Positions 57,010 to 64,000 of a DNA stretch of 64,000 nt are shown piece by piece. Position 1 is the first letter of the stretch; the number at the start of each line of letters is the position of its first letter. Position numbers and translations under genes: made by a program. The notes below the pieces were generated by a model that was given only the letters and a program-made list of their open reading frames with translations, had not been told where the DNA came from and ran no database searches. Source of the DNA: Desulfobacterales bacterium (lineage in GTDB: Bacteria > Desulfobacterota > Desulfobacteria > Desulfobacterales > SpSt-501); assembly GCA_025454255.1 (NCBI GenBank), contig JALOOU010000005.1:3045-67044 (forward strand). The letters run 5' to 3'.

Positions 57010-57588
57010 ATGAAACCCGCAACAGTCCAAAAACCGACCACCGTGAACGGGGTTGATGTCGACGAGCTGCATCAAACCGTGGAATCCGTGAAACAAAACA
57101 CCTCGATTGCCAAATTCCGATTCCGGGCCGACAACACCTGGATCGACGGCGGCCACAACCGGACATCCATCCGCAACTTTTACGGAGCCGGGGCGGAGGA
57201 CACCTCGCGCAAAACGCCTTTCGTTTTGGATGCCGATGAGCCGAAAGTGCTCCTGGGCACCGACCGGGGGGCGAATCCGGTCGAGTATGTGCTGACGGCC
57301 CTGGCCGGGTGCCTGACCACCTCGTTGATTTACCACGCCGCCGCCCGCGGCATCGCCATCGAGGAGGTGGAGTCGCATCTGGAGGGGGAGCTGGACCTGA
57401 GAGGGTTTCTGGGGATCTCCGATGAGGTCCGCAACGGCTACGACAACATCCGGGTGAGCTTCAAAATCAAGGCGGATGCGCCCGAGGCCCAGCTGCGCGA
57501 ATTGGTGGAGTTGGCCCAGAAGCGCTCCCCCGTTTTCGACATCGTCTCCCACCCGGTCCCGGTCACCGTGGAGCTTAAAAGTTCCTGA
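57010..57588 (+). CDS. OsmC/Ohr-family peroxiredoxin-like protein
   Basis: I prefer the ATG at 57010 (GGAGG 9 nt upstream; 192 aa). Matching stretches are VNGVDVDELHQTVESVKQN, ANPVEYVLTALAGCLTTSLIYHAA (conserved Cys) and LAQKRSPVFDIV. Confidence 0.85.
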   Translation: MKPATVQKPTTVNGVDVDELHQTVESVKQNTSIAKFRFRADNTWIDGGHNRTSIRNFYGAGAEDTSRKTPFVLDADEPKVLLGTDRGANPVEYVLTALAGCLTTSLIYHAAARGIAIEEVESHLEGELDLRGFLGISDEVRNGYDNIRVSFKIKADAPEAQLRELVELAQKRSPVFDIVSHPVPVTVELKSS

Positions 57589-57621
57589 GGCATCCCGGCC
57601 GGACAGGAGAGCGGCCCTTCC

Positions 57622-57957
57622 ATGGAGAAGATCCCGGAAAGACGACGGCACGAGCGCTTCGCCTGCGGTTCGACTCTGGAGTGGTCCTATTTCAACCAGG
57701 CGGAGGTCCACCATGCCCGGATGTGCAACTTCAGCCACGCCGGAATAGGCTTCGAGAGCCCGAAAAAACTTCTGCCCGGCGCCACGATAGTGGTGCGGCT
57801 GGAGGGTTATCGGGTCGAATGCACGGCGCAGTGCCGGGATCAAGGCGACTGCCCCTGGCCGCGTTCGATCGCGGTGGGAGAGGTCAAATGGTGCCAATAT
57901 GCGCACAGCGGGGCGCCCTCGTTTGAATCCGGGCTGAGATTTCACCTGCCGGTGTGA
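57622..57957 (+). CDS. Stand-alone PilZ-domain protein (candidate c-di-GMP receptor)
   Basis: 111 aa with RRRHERF (RxxxR) near the N-terminus and NFSHAGIGF (D/NxSxxG) 30 residues later. Confidence 0.6.
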   Translation: MEKIPERRRHERFACGSTLEWSYFNQAEVHHARMCNFSHAGIGFESPKKLLPGATIVVRLEGYRVECTAQCRDQGDCPWPRSIAVGEVKWCQYAHSGAPSFESGLRFHLPV

Positions 57958-57974
57958 GCCGTGAAGGAGGCGAA

Positions 57975-58151
57975 ATGGACAGCACTGACCGAAAAAGGAA
58001 AAAGGACTGCTGTGCGCATGAGCATAAAAGACTGGCGTTGGAGCTTGAAACCTGCGACCGGCTCGCCGCGGCCCCAGCCAAGTGGCACCGTTGCGCCCGC
58101 CTCATCTCACGCCGCAGCAGCCGGCGGGCCAGGCAATGCATGCAGAACTGA
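57975..58151 (+). CDS. Small basic Cys-containing protein (58 aa), unknown function
   Basis: AAGGAGG (57963-57969) lies 5 nt before the ATG at 57975. The product is MDSTDRKRKKDCCAHEHKRLALELETCDRLAAAPAKWHRCARLISRRSSRRARQCMQN. Third-position GC is high, consistent with coding. The track lists it from 57954. Confidence 0.4.
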   Translation: MDSTDRKRKKDCCAHEHKRLALELETCDRLAAAPAKWHRCARLISRRSSRRARQCMQN

Positions 58152-58246
58152 CCCCCTGGAAAGGGTCTGGAATCAAAGAACGACCGATTCCAACCCCAGA
58201 CGCGGCAACGATGATCCGATTAAAGTTGGACCATACGGAGCGCAAG

Positions 58247-59689
58247 ATGAATACTCAACAATTCAAAGCTGATGGCCGGAGTGCAAAGCCCTTTTCCGGG
58301 GAGGGGCTCGCCTCTTTGCGAAACCGGATTCGCGGCCGCATCCTCACCGCAGGGGACGAGGCTTATGACTCGGAGCGCAGGGTATGGAACGGCCTGATCG
58401 ACCGAAAACCCGGAGCCATCGTGCAGTGCCAGGATGCCGCGGATGTGATGGCCGCGGTCGCCTTTGCCGCGGAACGCGGCATCGCCATTTCGGTTCGCGG
58501 CGGCGGGCACAATGTGGCCGGCTCCTGTATGGTTGAAAACGGCTTCCTGATCGACCTTTCTTCCATGCGAGGAGTCCGCGTCGAGCCCGGAAAGCGAATT
58601 GCGGTGGCGGAGGGCGGGGCCCGGCTCGGGGACCTGGATCGCGCCGCCCAGGCCTACGGGTTGGCGGCCCCCGTCGGGGTTGTCTCCGCCACCGGCGTCG
58701 CCGGCCTCACGCTCCACGGCGGGGTCGGCTGGCTGCTTCGCAAACACGGGCTTGCCATCGACAACCTTCTATCCGCGGAGATCGTCACGGCCGACGGTCG
58801 CTTGAGGCGTGCCGACCCGACCGAAAATTCGGACCTATTTTGGGCCATTCGCGGCGGCGGCGGCAATTTTGGGGCCGTCACCTCATTTACCTTCAAAGTC
58901 CACCCGGTTGGCCCTGAGGTGTGGCTTTCTGCACCCATCTATCCGCTCGATCGGGCTCAAGAGGTGCTGGCGGCTTTCCGGGACTTCATGGAAGCGGCCC
59001 CAGACGAGTTGATGGGGCTTGCGGTTTTCTGGAGTGCGCCCGAGGCCCCCCAGGTCCCCAAGGAGCTCCATGGGTCGCCTGTTTTGATCCTGCTAACCTG
59101 CTACACCGGCCCCTTTGCCGAGGGCGAAGCGGTCATCGCCCCGCTGCGCCGCATCGGCACGCCCATCGCCGACTTGGGCGGCCCCATGCGTTTTGTGGAT
59201 GTGCAGACGTTTTTGGACCAAGATTACCCGGATGGGAAGTTTTATTACTGGAAGTCGATCTACCTCGACAGACTCGATGCCGAGGCCATCCAAGCGCTTT
59301 TCGATCACACCGCATCTCGGCCCTCGCCGCTGTCATCCATCGATGTCTGGACCCTGGGCAGGGCCATGCGCCGGGTGAAGAGCACGGATACAGCGTTCTA
59401 CAAAAGAGATGCCCCCTACATGATCGGGATCGAGGCGAACTGGGACAAACACGAAGACACTGAGGCCAACATCGAGTGGGCCCGCCGGGTTTTCGAGGAG
59501 ATGAAAAAGTTCTCGCACGGGGGGAATTATCTGAATTTTCCGGGGTTTTTCGAAGAGCAGGAGAGCCTTCTGCTTGGCGCATACGGCGAAAACTTGAAGC
59601 GCCTCAAATCGATCAAGGCCGAATACGACCCCGCGAATCTGTTTCTCGGGGCAATCAATATCGCGCCGGGACCCAGCGGATTGACCTGA
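58247..59689 (+). CDS. FAD-linked oxidase (FAD_binding_4 + berberine-bridge-enzyme-like C-terminus)
   Basis: I prefer the ATG at 58247 (ACGGAG RBS; 480 aa) over the track start at 58082. Matching stretches are YDSERRVWNGLIDRKPGAIVQCQDAADVMAAVAFAAERGIAISVRGGGHNVAG and LIDLSSMRGVRVEP. The C-terminal YGENLKRLKSIKAEYDPANLF is the BBE-type tail. Confidence 0.85.
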   Translation: MNTQQFKADGRSAKPFSGEGLASLRNRIRGRILTAGDEAYDSERRVWNGLIDRKPGAIVQCQDAADVMAAVAFAAERGIAISVRGGGHNVAGSCMVENGFLIDLSSMRGVRVEPGKRIAVAEGGARLGDLDRAAQAYGLAAPVGVVSATGVAGLTLHGGVGWLLRKHGLAIDNLLSAEIVTADGRLRRADPTENSDLFWAIRGGGGNFGAVTSFTFKVHPVGPEVWLSAPIYPLDRAQEVLAAFRDFMEAAPDELMGLAVFWSAPEAPQVPKELHGSPVLILLTCYTGPFAEGEAVIAPLRRIGTPIADLGGPMRFVDVQTFLDQDYPDGKFYYWKSIYLDRLDAEAIQALFDHTASRPSPLSSIDVWTLGRAMRRVKSTDTAFYKRDAPYMIGIEANWDKHEDTEANIEWARRVFEEMKKFSHGGNYLNFPGFFEEQESLLLGAYGENLKRLKSIKAEYDPANLFLGAINIAPGPSGLT

Positions 59690-59740
59690 AGTTGAGGCTG
59701 GCCGCCCGGTCGATTATAGAACGCGAAATATGGAGGCGCC

Positions 59741-59860
59741 ATGAAATCCATTGATGGTTCGGATGAAACCAAAGGCGGCGAGCCTGAGATCGGCTCGGAT
59801 AGCGATGGGTGTTGCTGCTGCTGTTGTTGCGAGACGGATGAGGAGTGCCTGGTCGAATAG
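59741..59860 (+). CDS. Acidic 39-aa peptide with a run of seven consecutive cysteines
   Basis: Not in the track (<60 aa). TGGAGG (59731-59736) lies 4 nt before the ATG at 59741. The product is MKSIDGSDETKGGEPEIGSDSDGCCCCCCCETDEECLVE, ending at TAG 59858-59860. It starts 51 nt after the FAD-oxidase stop on the same strand. Confidence 0.45.
   Translation: MKSIDGSDETKGGEPEIGSDSDGCCCCCCCETDEECLVE
59810..59830 (+). repeat. (TGY)7 trinucleotide tract encoding the Cys7 run
   Basis: The tract tgt tgc tgc tgc tgt tgt tgc was read directly. On the opposite strand it produces the poly-Gln stretch seen in the spurious ORF 59527-59880. Confidence 0.9.
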
Positions 59861-59973
59861 CCGCCGGCACCGGAGAGCATGACGTTAATTCAACCTACCG
59901 GATGGATTCGACCCACGCCCTTTTTCCGGCGCCCCTCTGATCGAGGAAACGGACAAGGGAGAGCGGGTCATCC

Positions 59974-60147
59974 ATGGCGAGGGCTGACATCATGGAAAAG
60001 AGCCATACCAGCGCAGGCAACTGCGCGGAAAAATGCGGGCATGTGATCGCCGACTGCATAAAGGACGGCAGGTCCGAAGACCAGTGCCGCGTCTCCTACA
60101 AACAGTGCGTGTCGGAGTGTGTCTTCACCACTTATCCCTATTCGTGA
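59974..60147 (+). CDS. Small six-cysteine protein (57 aa) with symmetric Cys spacing
   Basis: Not in the track. AAGGGAGAG lies about 10 nt upstream of the ATG at 59974. The product is MARADIMEKSHTSAGNCAEKCGHVIADCIKDGRSEDQCRVSYKQCVSECVFTTYPYS, with Cys spacing C-x3-C-x6-C-x9-C-x6-C-x3-C. Third-position GC is high. The competing minus-strand ORF 59968-60312 has no recognisable features. Confidence 0.45.
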   Translation: MARADIMEKSHTSAGNCAEKCGHVIADCIKDGRSEDQCRVSYKQCVSECVFTTYPYS

Positions 60148-60162
60148 CAACGCGCACCCGAA

Positions 60163-60184
60163 GGCCGCAGCGCAGGCTGCGGCC
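60163..60184 (+). terminator. GC-rich hairpin after the last gene of the OsmC...Cys6 string (possible terminator)
   Basis: The perfect 9-bp stem is GGCCGCAGC (60163-60171), the loop is GCAG, and the other arm is GCTGCGGCC (60176-60184). It lies 16 nt after the stop at 60147. No U-tract follows, so intrinsic terminator function is uncertain. Confidence 0.3.
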
Positions 60185-60357
60185 CGCTTCCAAAAATCAA
60201 CGCCTCCTGTCCAGGCCATGATTTTTTTCCAATTGGTTATTCTGCAAACGACCCGGTATCGGCCGCCCCGGTTCGGGGCCATCGCGGGCCTTTGCCGCAT
60301 GGGTCCCGCCAATGGAGTTGCGGGGAAAGGGATGGCCCGGCCCGCGGGGCATGCGGC

Positions 60358-60747
60358 CTAACGCCTCTTTTTGAAGCGATTCGGGTTGACGGTGATTCGT
60401 TTCAGGAAGGAGAGCCCGACGACCATGTGGCCGTTGAAGGGCCCCTCTTGGAGTTCGGTGATGTGCTCGACCCTCGACAGATAGTGGCCGGATGGCTCTT
60501 TGAAGCCCCGCGGCGGCACCACCCTGGCCCTGAGTTCCTGCCCCACCTCGATTTTTTCCAACAGATTGGAATCGGCCCGCACCACGATGCCCGCGCCTTC
60601 GCCGGACAGGTCCCTCGCCTTCAACTGGTAAAGGGGGCCGCCGGGCAGGCTGATTGCCACCATGGGGTGGGTCAGCTCCCTGGGCCGTGCCCTGGCTCTT
60701 CGGTTTTGCGGCTGAACTGGGGGAAAAAAATCGACCGGGGATTTCAT
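60358..60747 (-). CDS. Stand-alone PilZ-domain protein
   Basis: I prefer the ATG at 60747 (MKSPVDFFPPVQPQNRRARARPRE; 129 aa). It has an RxxxR motif (RRARAR) followed by DLSGEGAGI (DxSxxG). Confidence 0.55.
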   Translation of the reverse strand: MKSPVDFFPPVQPQNRRARARPRELTHPMVAISLPGGPLYQLKARDLSGEGAGIVVRADSNLLEKIEVGQELRARVVPPRGFKEPSGHYLSRVEHITELQEGPFNGHMVVGLSFLKRITVNPNRFKKRR

Positions 60748-60832
60748 GTCACGCCTGCAAGCGGCTGTAAGGTCATCTCTTCGAGGGTAGCGGCAGCGCC
60801 GCCGCAAAACTTGAGCGGTTTGGCGTCAGAGG

Positions 60833-61072
60833 CTACTCCTCGTTTTCGAGCGGGGTTTCACGATCCCGGCAGTTCTGGCAAAATTTCCGCGGCACCCCCC
60901 TGCCGATCCATTTCATCTTCATGACGTGCACCCTGCCGCACCCGGGGCAGACGCACTCCACCTTCGATTTGGAAAACTGCGCCGCCCCGGCCTCTTCATC
61001 GAGCTCCTGGTCGATGTCTTCCAAGGAACGACCCTTCTGATCCGCGAAAATCTCCGACCCCCGTGCTTTCAT
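60833..61072 (-). CDS. Small zinc-ribbon protein (79 aa)
   Basis: I prefer the ATG at 61072 (GAGGGGG RBS). The product is MKARGSEIFADQKGRSLEDIDQELDEEAGAAQFSKSKVECVCPGCGRVHVMKMKWIGRGVPRKFCQNCRDRETPLENEE. The CPGC...CQNC pair forms a four-Cys knuckle. It is immediately upstream of the PilZ gene on the same strand. Confidence 0.5.
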   Translation of the reverse strand: MKARGSEIFADQKGRSLEDIDQELDEEAGAAQFSKSKVECVCPGCGRVHVMKMKWIGRGVPRKFCQNCRDRETPLENEE

Positions 61073-61444
61073 GTCGCCCCCCTCTTCAGCTTCTATGCAT
61101 GGTGTCCAGCCGGATGTGGAGGATTCCGGTCGAGGCCAAGGCCGCAATGATTACAACGCCGCAGGCGCCAGGCTCGATGACTGGCAAGACCTGACGCCCC
61201 CGCTCGGACCGGAATATATCAGCCTGTTTCTGGCAGACACCTAAAGATAGGGCTATTGTGACAAAAAACAACCGGATATCGTTCCAGTAATTTTCGAAAA
61301 TCCGAACAGGCGAAACCTCTCCTTTCAAGAACTTTTCAGAAAGTGTCGCGGATGTGGTATTCGTATGCCATCCGATGCGGCTGGAGAGCATGCGGCCGAC
61401 ACCGGCTCAAGCTCCGGCAAATTGGGCAAGCGCGCAGACTCGGC

Positions 61445-62029
61445 ATGAATACCTCAACGGGGAAATTTCTGGCGGTGTTGTTCTGTGCTGCAGCCTCCCT
61501 TCTATCCGTTGCAGCCACCGCATCCGCCCAACCATCCCAAACGGCCTCCCCCCAGTCCATCTGGGCCGGGCTGCTCGAGCGCCGGCCCTACCCCTATCTC
61601 GTGCCGATACCTGAGCCCAAGCCATCCGCCATCGACGGCACCTACACCAAAGCCGTCATCGCCGCAGCCGAGCGCGTGCATTGCCTGCGCTGCCCTGATT
61701 ATGCACCGGAGGGTGGGGTTTGGAAGCTGAACCTGGACAAGGGCGTGTTTCGGATCTTGCACCTCGAGAGCGGATGGAGGAGCATCGGAACGTTTATTGT
61801 GACTGAAGACCGCCTGCTGCTTGCAAACGACCCGGCCTGCATCGACGGCATGGGGCTCTACCGGTGGCAATTGGACAACGGCCGGCTCTCCCTCGAGGTG
61901 ATCGACGACCCCTGCGCCATCAAGCTGCGCGGTCTGAACCTGACCCAGCAGACTTGGATCACCTGCCGCCCCCCCAACACCGCAGCCGCCGTCACCGACC
62001 ACTGGCCCAAACCCGCAGGGTGCGAGTGA
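61445..62029 (+). CDS. Secreted hypothetical protein (194 aa)
   Basis: I prefer the ATG at 61445, which gives a classical signal peptide MNTSTGKFLAVLFCAAASLLSVAATASA/QP. The mature part has six Cys, and I recognise no family. Confidence 0.55.
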   Translation: MNTSTGKFLAVLFCAAASLLSVAATASAQPSQTASPQSIWAGLLERRPYPYLVPIPEPKPSAIDGTYTKAVIAAAERVHCLRCPDYAPEGGVWKLNLDKGVFRILHLESGWRSIGTFIVTEDRLLLANDPACIDGMGLYRWQLDNGRLSLEVIDDPCAIKLRGLNLTQQTWITCRPPNTAAAVTDHWPKPAGCE

Positions 62030-62371
62030 GGCTGGGGAGGATAAAAGCGAAAGATCGAGGGGGAAGTCGGAGTGGAAAGTCTGCTCGACCGGCGCGGGTC
62101 ACAGGGTGACGATGGTGAAATAGTCAATTTCTCGGCTTCGCAGGGGCGCATCCGGGCGCCCGGAAGAGGGCTTTGGCCAGCCTTTCCGCCTGCACCTCCT
62201 TGCGCCCGCGCTGCGCGAGTTTGCAGGCCGCCAAAATCCCCCCGTTTTACCCGCGCGACCGCTCCTGGCCGCAATTAAACGTGACACGGGGGCGGTCATT
62301 CGAATCTTATCGTCAAATGTTGGGAGCCTCCCTCACGCCTCGTCCCATAAAAATGTGTTGTACAGAAGCGC

Positions 62372-63163
62372 TTATTTGATCCCTAGAATCCATCCCTCTG
62401 TCTGAGCCTTGGTCTTTTCGCTCGCCGTCAGGGGGGGGGTGAAAAACTCTGCAAGGCTGCCGTCGAGATCCGCACGGCGCAGCCAGGCGGCGACCGAATA
62501 GGCGTCGTGCTGGTCGGCGGTGCGGTCTTCACGCGCAAAGCCCTTGCTCCACAGGGATGGATAGACTTCCGCTGTCACCGATCGCCCCGCCGGGAATTCC
62601 CAGCCGTCGAACGGCCAGAAATGCACCCGATTGCCAAGCTGCTGCCGGATGCAGCGCAGCCACGGCAGGCCGGCATGGGTGGACTTGGCCACCGAGCCCG
62701 GCACGTCGAAATGAAAGACCGACTTGGCTCCGGCCCGAACTTCCGTCAGGCGCCGCCAGTGCGAATCCCCGGAACGGGCGGCACCGTCGCCGCAAAGGCC
62801 ATGCCGCACATCATCCACCGAGGTGTGGTCATCATCCGTGGGCCAGTGCTTTTGAAAGTCGCCGAGGAAGGAGGTCCATTCAGGCAGCAGGCGATGGGCT
62901 TCGAAATACCGCAACGGAAAAGAAAAGGCATGGTCTATTCCGATCAATGCCGGCTTGTTTTCGGAAAGCAGGCCGGCCAGCCACTCGGCTATGCCGCGGC
63001 GGGTCCAGTATTTGCGTGGGCCGGGAGGCGGAAAGACTTCAAACGCCGGTGAACCGCGGCTTGCCAGAAAAACCCGCAACCCTTTCAGGCTCGTCACCGG
63101 CGACGCAGCGCCGGAGTAGTCGATGCCGACATACCGTTCGAAAGCCGGATTCTTATCGGCCAT
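62372..63163 (-). CDS. Hypothetical protein (263 aa), possibly RNase-H-like/DUF429-like
   Basis: The ATG at 63163 lies 18 nt after the stop of the DUF499-like gene. The N-terminal YVGIDYSGAASP and later LIGIDHAFSFP resemble the acidic-residue strands of RNase-H-fold/DUF429 proteins. This assignment is weak. Confidence 0.5.
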   Translation of the reverse strand: MADKNPAFERYVGIDYSGAASPVTSLKGLRVFLASRGSPAFEVFPPPGPRKYWTRRGIAEWLAGLLSENKPALIGIDHAFSFPLRYFEAHRLLPEWTSFLGDFQKHWPTDDDHTSVDDVRHGLCGDGAARSGDSHWRRLTEVRAGAKSVFHFDVPGSVAKSTHAGLPWLRCIRQQLGNRVHFWPFDGWEFPAGRSVTAEVYPSLWSKGFAREDRTADQHDAYSVAAWLRRADLDGSLAEFFTPPLTASEKTKAQTEGWILGIK

Positions 63164-63181
63164 AGTTTGATCTGTTCAGGG

Positions 63182-64000
63182 TCACTCGCTCTCGAACCCC
63201 TGGCTCTTGAACTTCAGCACGCGGCAATTTTCGGTCACGGCCCGCACGACGTTGTCGGGGGCGCCGGTCTTGACCTCGGCCTCGATTTCGAGACTGACCC
63301 TCACCTCGGCGCCCACGAGGCCGGCCAGGTGGGAAATGACCTCCTCTGCGATGCGGCCGGCGTCGCGCCCCACGCGCGCCGGGTCGAGATCGACGCTGCC
63401 GTGGAAGCGCGTGAGCTTCGGCGGCGGCGCGGGCCCCGCACCGGGCGGCGGATCGGGACCGGGAGAGGGACCAGGTCCGCCGCTGGGGGTCGTGTGCCCG
63501 GGCGGAGCCACCGTCGGGCTCGGCGGCGTTTCGGCATCCATCTGCCGGCGCGCCACCTCCGGTTTGACCAGCAGGCCCGCCGAGTCCGCGTCGAGGTGAC
63601 CGATGCTCCAGCCCCCGCGCAGCCCCCGGTAGCGCCCCTCGGCCTCGTCGAAGCTCTCCGCGTAGGCGAAGGCGTCCTTTTCCCAGGTGATCAGCGCCAG
63701 GCCGTCGCAGATCGCATCGAGCAGGACCTTCGGCTCCGAAAGCCGCGGCAGGTAGAGATAGCGGGCGAAATCGTCCACCAGGACCTTGATCGGCACGTGG
63801 TTGCCGCGCCAGAGCGGGACTTTGTTCAGGTACTCCGATCGGAGAACGGATGCGCCGAGGCTCGGGATCAACAGGTCGTCGCTTCTCAGCTTCCTGCTCG
63901 CCCGCACCGCAAGGGGGTTCTGGCCCGTCAGCCGGTGGGCCTCCCATTTCACGGCCGCCTTCGGGTCCGGCTGCACAGGGACCAGGAGCCACTGGTAGGC
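63182..64000 (-). CDS. C-terminal ~270 aa of a large DUF499-type (BrxC/PglY-like) ATPase; gene continues beyond the window end
   Basis: The frame is open to nt 64000 (the track GTG at 63976 is internal). A Pro-rich linker (PPSPTVAPPGHTTPSGGPGPSPGPDPPPGAGPAPPP) is followed by the tail RFHGSVDLDPARVGRDAGRIAEEVISHLAGLVGAEVRVSLEIEAEVKTGAPDNVVRAVTENCRVLKFKSQGFESE. From memory, that tail is the conserved C-terminus of DUF499 defence-associated ATPases. Confidence 0.55.
   Translation of the reverse strand, partial: AYQWLLVPVQPDPKAAVKWEAHRLTGQNPLAVRASRKLRSDDLLIPSLGASVLRSEYLNKVPLWRGNHVPIKVLVDDFARYLYLPRLSEPKVLLDAICDGLALITWEKDAFAYAESFDEAEGRYRGLRGGWSIGHLDADSAGLLVKPEVARRQMDAETPPSPTVAPPGHTTPSGGPGPSPGPDPPPGAGPAPPPKLTRFHGSVDLDPARVGRDAGRIAEEVISHLAGLVGAEVRVSLEIEAEVKTGAPDNVVRAVTENCRVLKFKSQGFESE

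Noticed and set aside
59527-59880. 117-aa minus-strand ORF containing a poly-Gln run
   Set aside because: The poly-Gln comes from reading the (TGY)7 tract on the opposite strand. There is no RBS or other features, and the plus-strand Cys7 ORF has a proper RBS.
62290-62315. ggtcATTCGAATCtta, reminiscent of a tRNA T-loop (possible att remnant next to the defence-like genes)
   Set aside because: The flanking bases cannot form a T-stem, and no acceptor or anticodon arms are present. It is not a tRNA or a convincing tRNA fragment.
63153-63992. 279-aa minus-strand ORF in another frame of the DUF499-like tail
   Set aside because: It is an overlapping alternative frame. Its product is Arg/Gly/Pro-rich, whereas the 63182-64000 frame has the conserved C-terminal tail.
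1-64000. Search by eye for CRISPR arrays, rRNA/tRNA genes, IS elements, integrases and long direct or inverted repeats
   Set aside because: I found no regularly spaced repeats, no transposase- or integrase-like ORFs and no rRNA- or tRNA-like sequence. The absence is based on reading only and should be confirmed with tRNAscan, Infernal and ISEScan.

Overview
This is a bacterial chromosomal segment with about 50 protein-coding genes. GC content, judged by eye, is roughly 50-57% in the first ~12 kb and roughly 62-70% afterwards. Reading the sequence, I found no rRNA, tRNA, CRISPR array, transposase or integrase. The gene content (sigma-54 activator, TRAP transporter, BCR/HAD-type radical enzymes) suggests an anaerobic deltaproteobacterium-like (Thermodesulfobacteriota) host, but this is inference only. 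Gene order: (1) 1-4.5 kb, a TRAP transporter operon plus an unknown 418-aa gene and a truncated YheO-like regulator. (2) 5.4-12.1 kb, an RCK-gated K+ channel, lptF/lptG, a HisC-like aminotransferase and a TPR protein. (3) 12.4-21.2 kb, a surface-glycan cluster with a GPI-ethanolamine-phosphate-transferase-like membrane enzyme, three GT4 glycosyltransferases, a Wzx-like flippase and a GT-like protein. (4) 21.6-43.4 kb, the most interesting block. It holds two ~1400-aa PlsA/GeR-like fused BCR/HAD enzymes on opposite strands. Between and beside them lie two CDP-alcohol phosphatidyltransferases, a nucleotidyltransferase, an FAD oxidoreductase, a GT-C-like membrane protein, a YihG-like acyltransferase, a PEP-synthase-like phosphotransferase without the TIM barrel, and a DASS permease. 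I read this as a candidate ether-lipid or unusual-phospholipid pathway not described as a unit. (5) 43.8-53.1 kb, a doubled ATP-grasp/alpha-E/transglutaminase system, which is conserved but functionally uncharacterised, followed by a membrane-anchored spermidine-synthase-like gene. (6) 54.9-61.1 kb, a sigma-54 activator divergent from an OsmC - PilZ - FAD-oxidase string. That string carries three unannotated small Cys-rich ORFs, one with seven consecutive cysteines. (7) 62.4-64.0 kb, the tail of a DUF499-type (BrxC/PglY-like) ATPase plus an unknown gene, possibly the edge of a defence island. All family calls come from motif recognition by eye and need HMM or BLAST confirmation.
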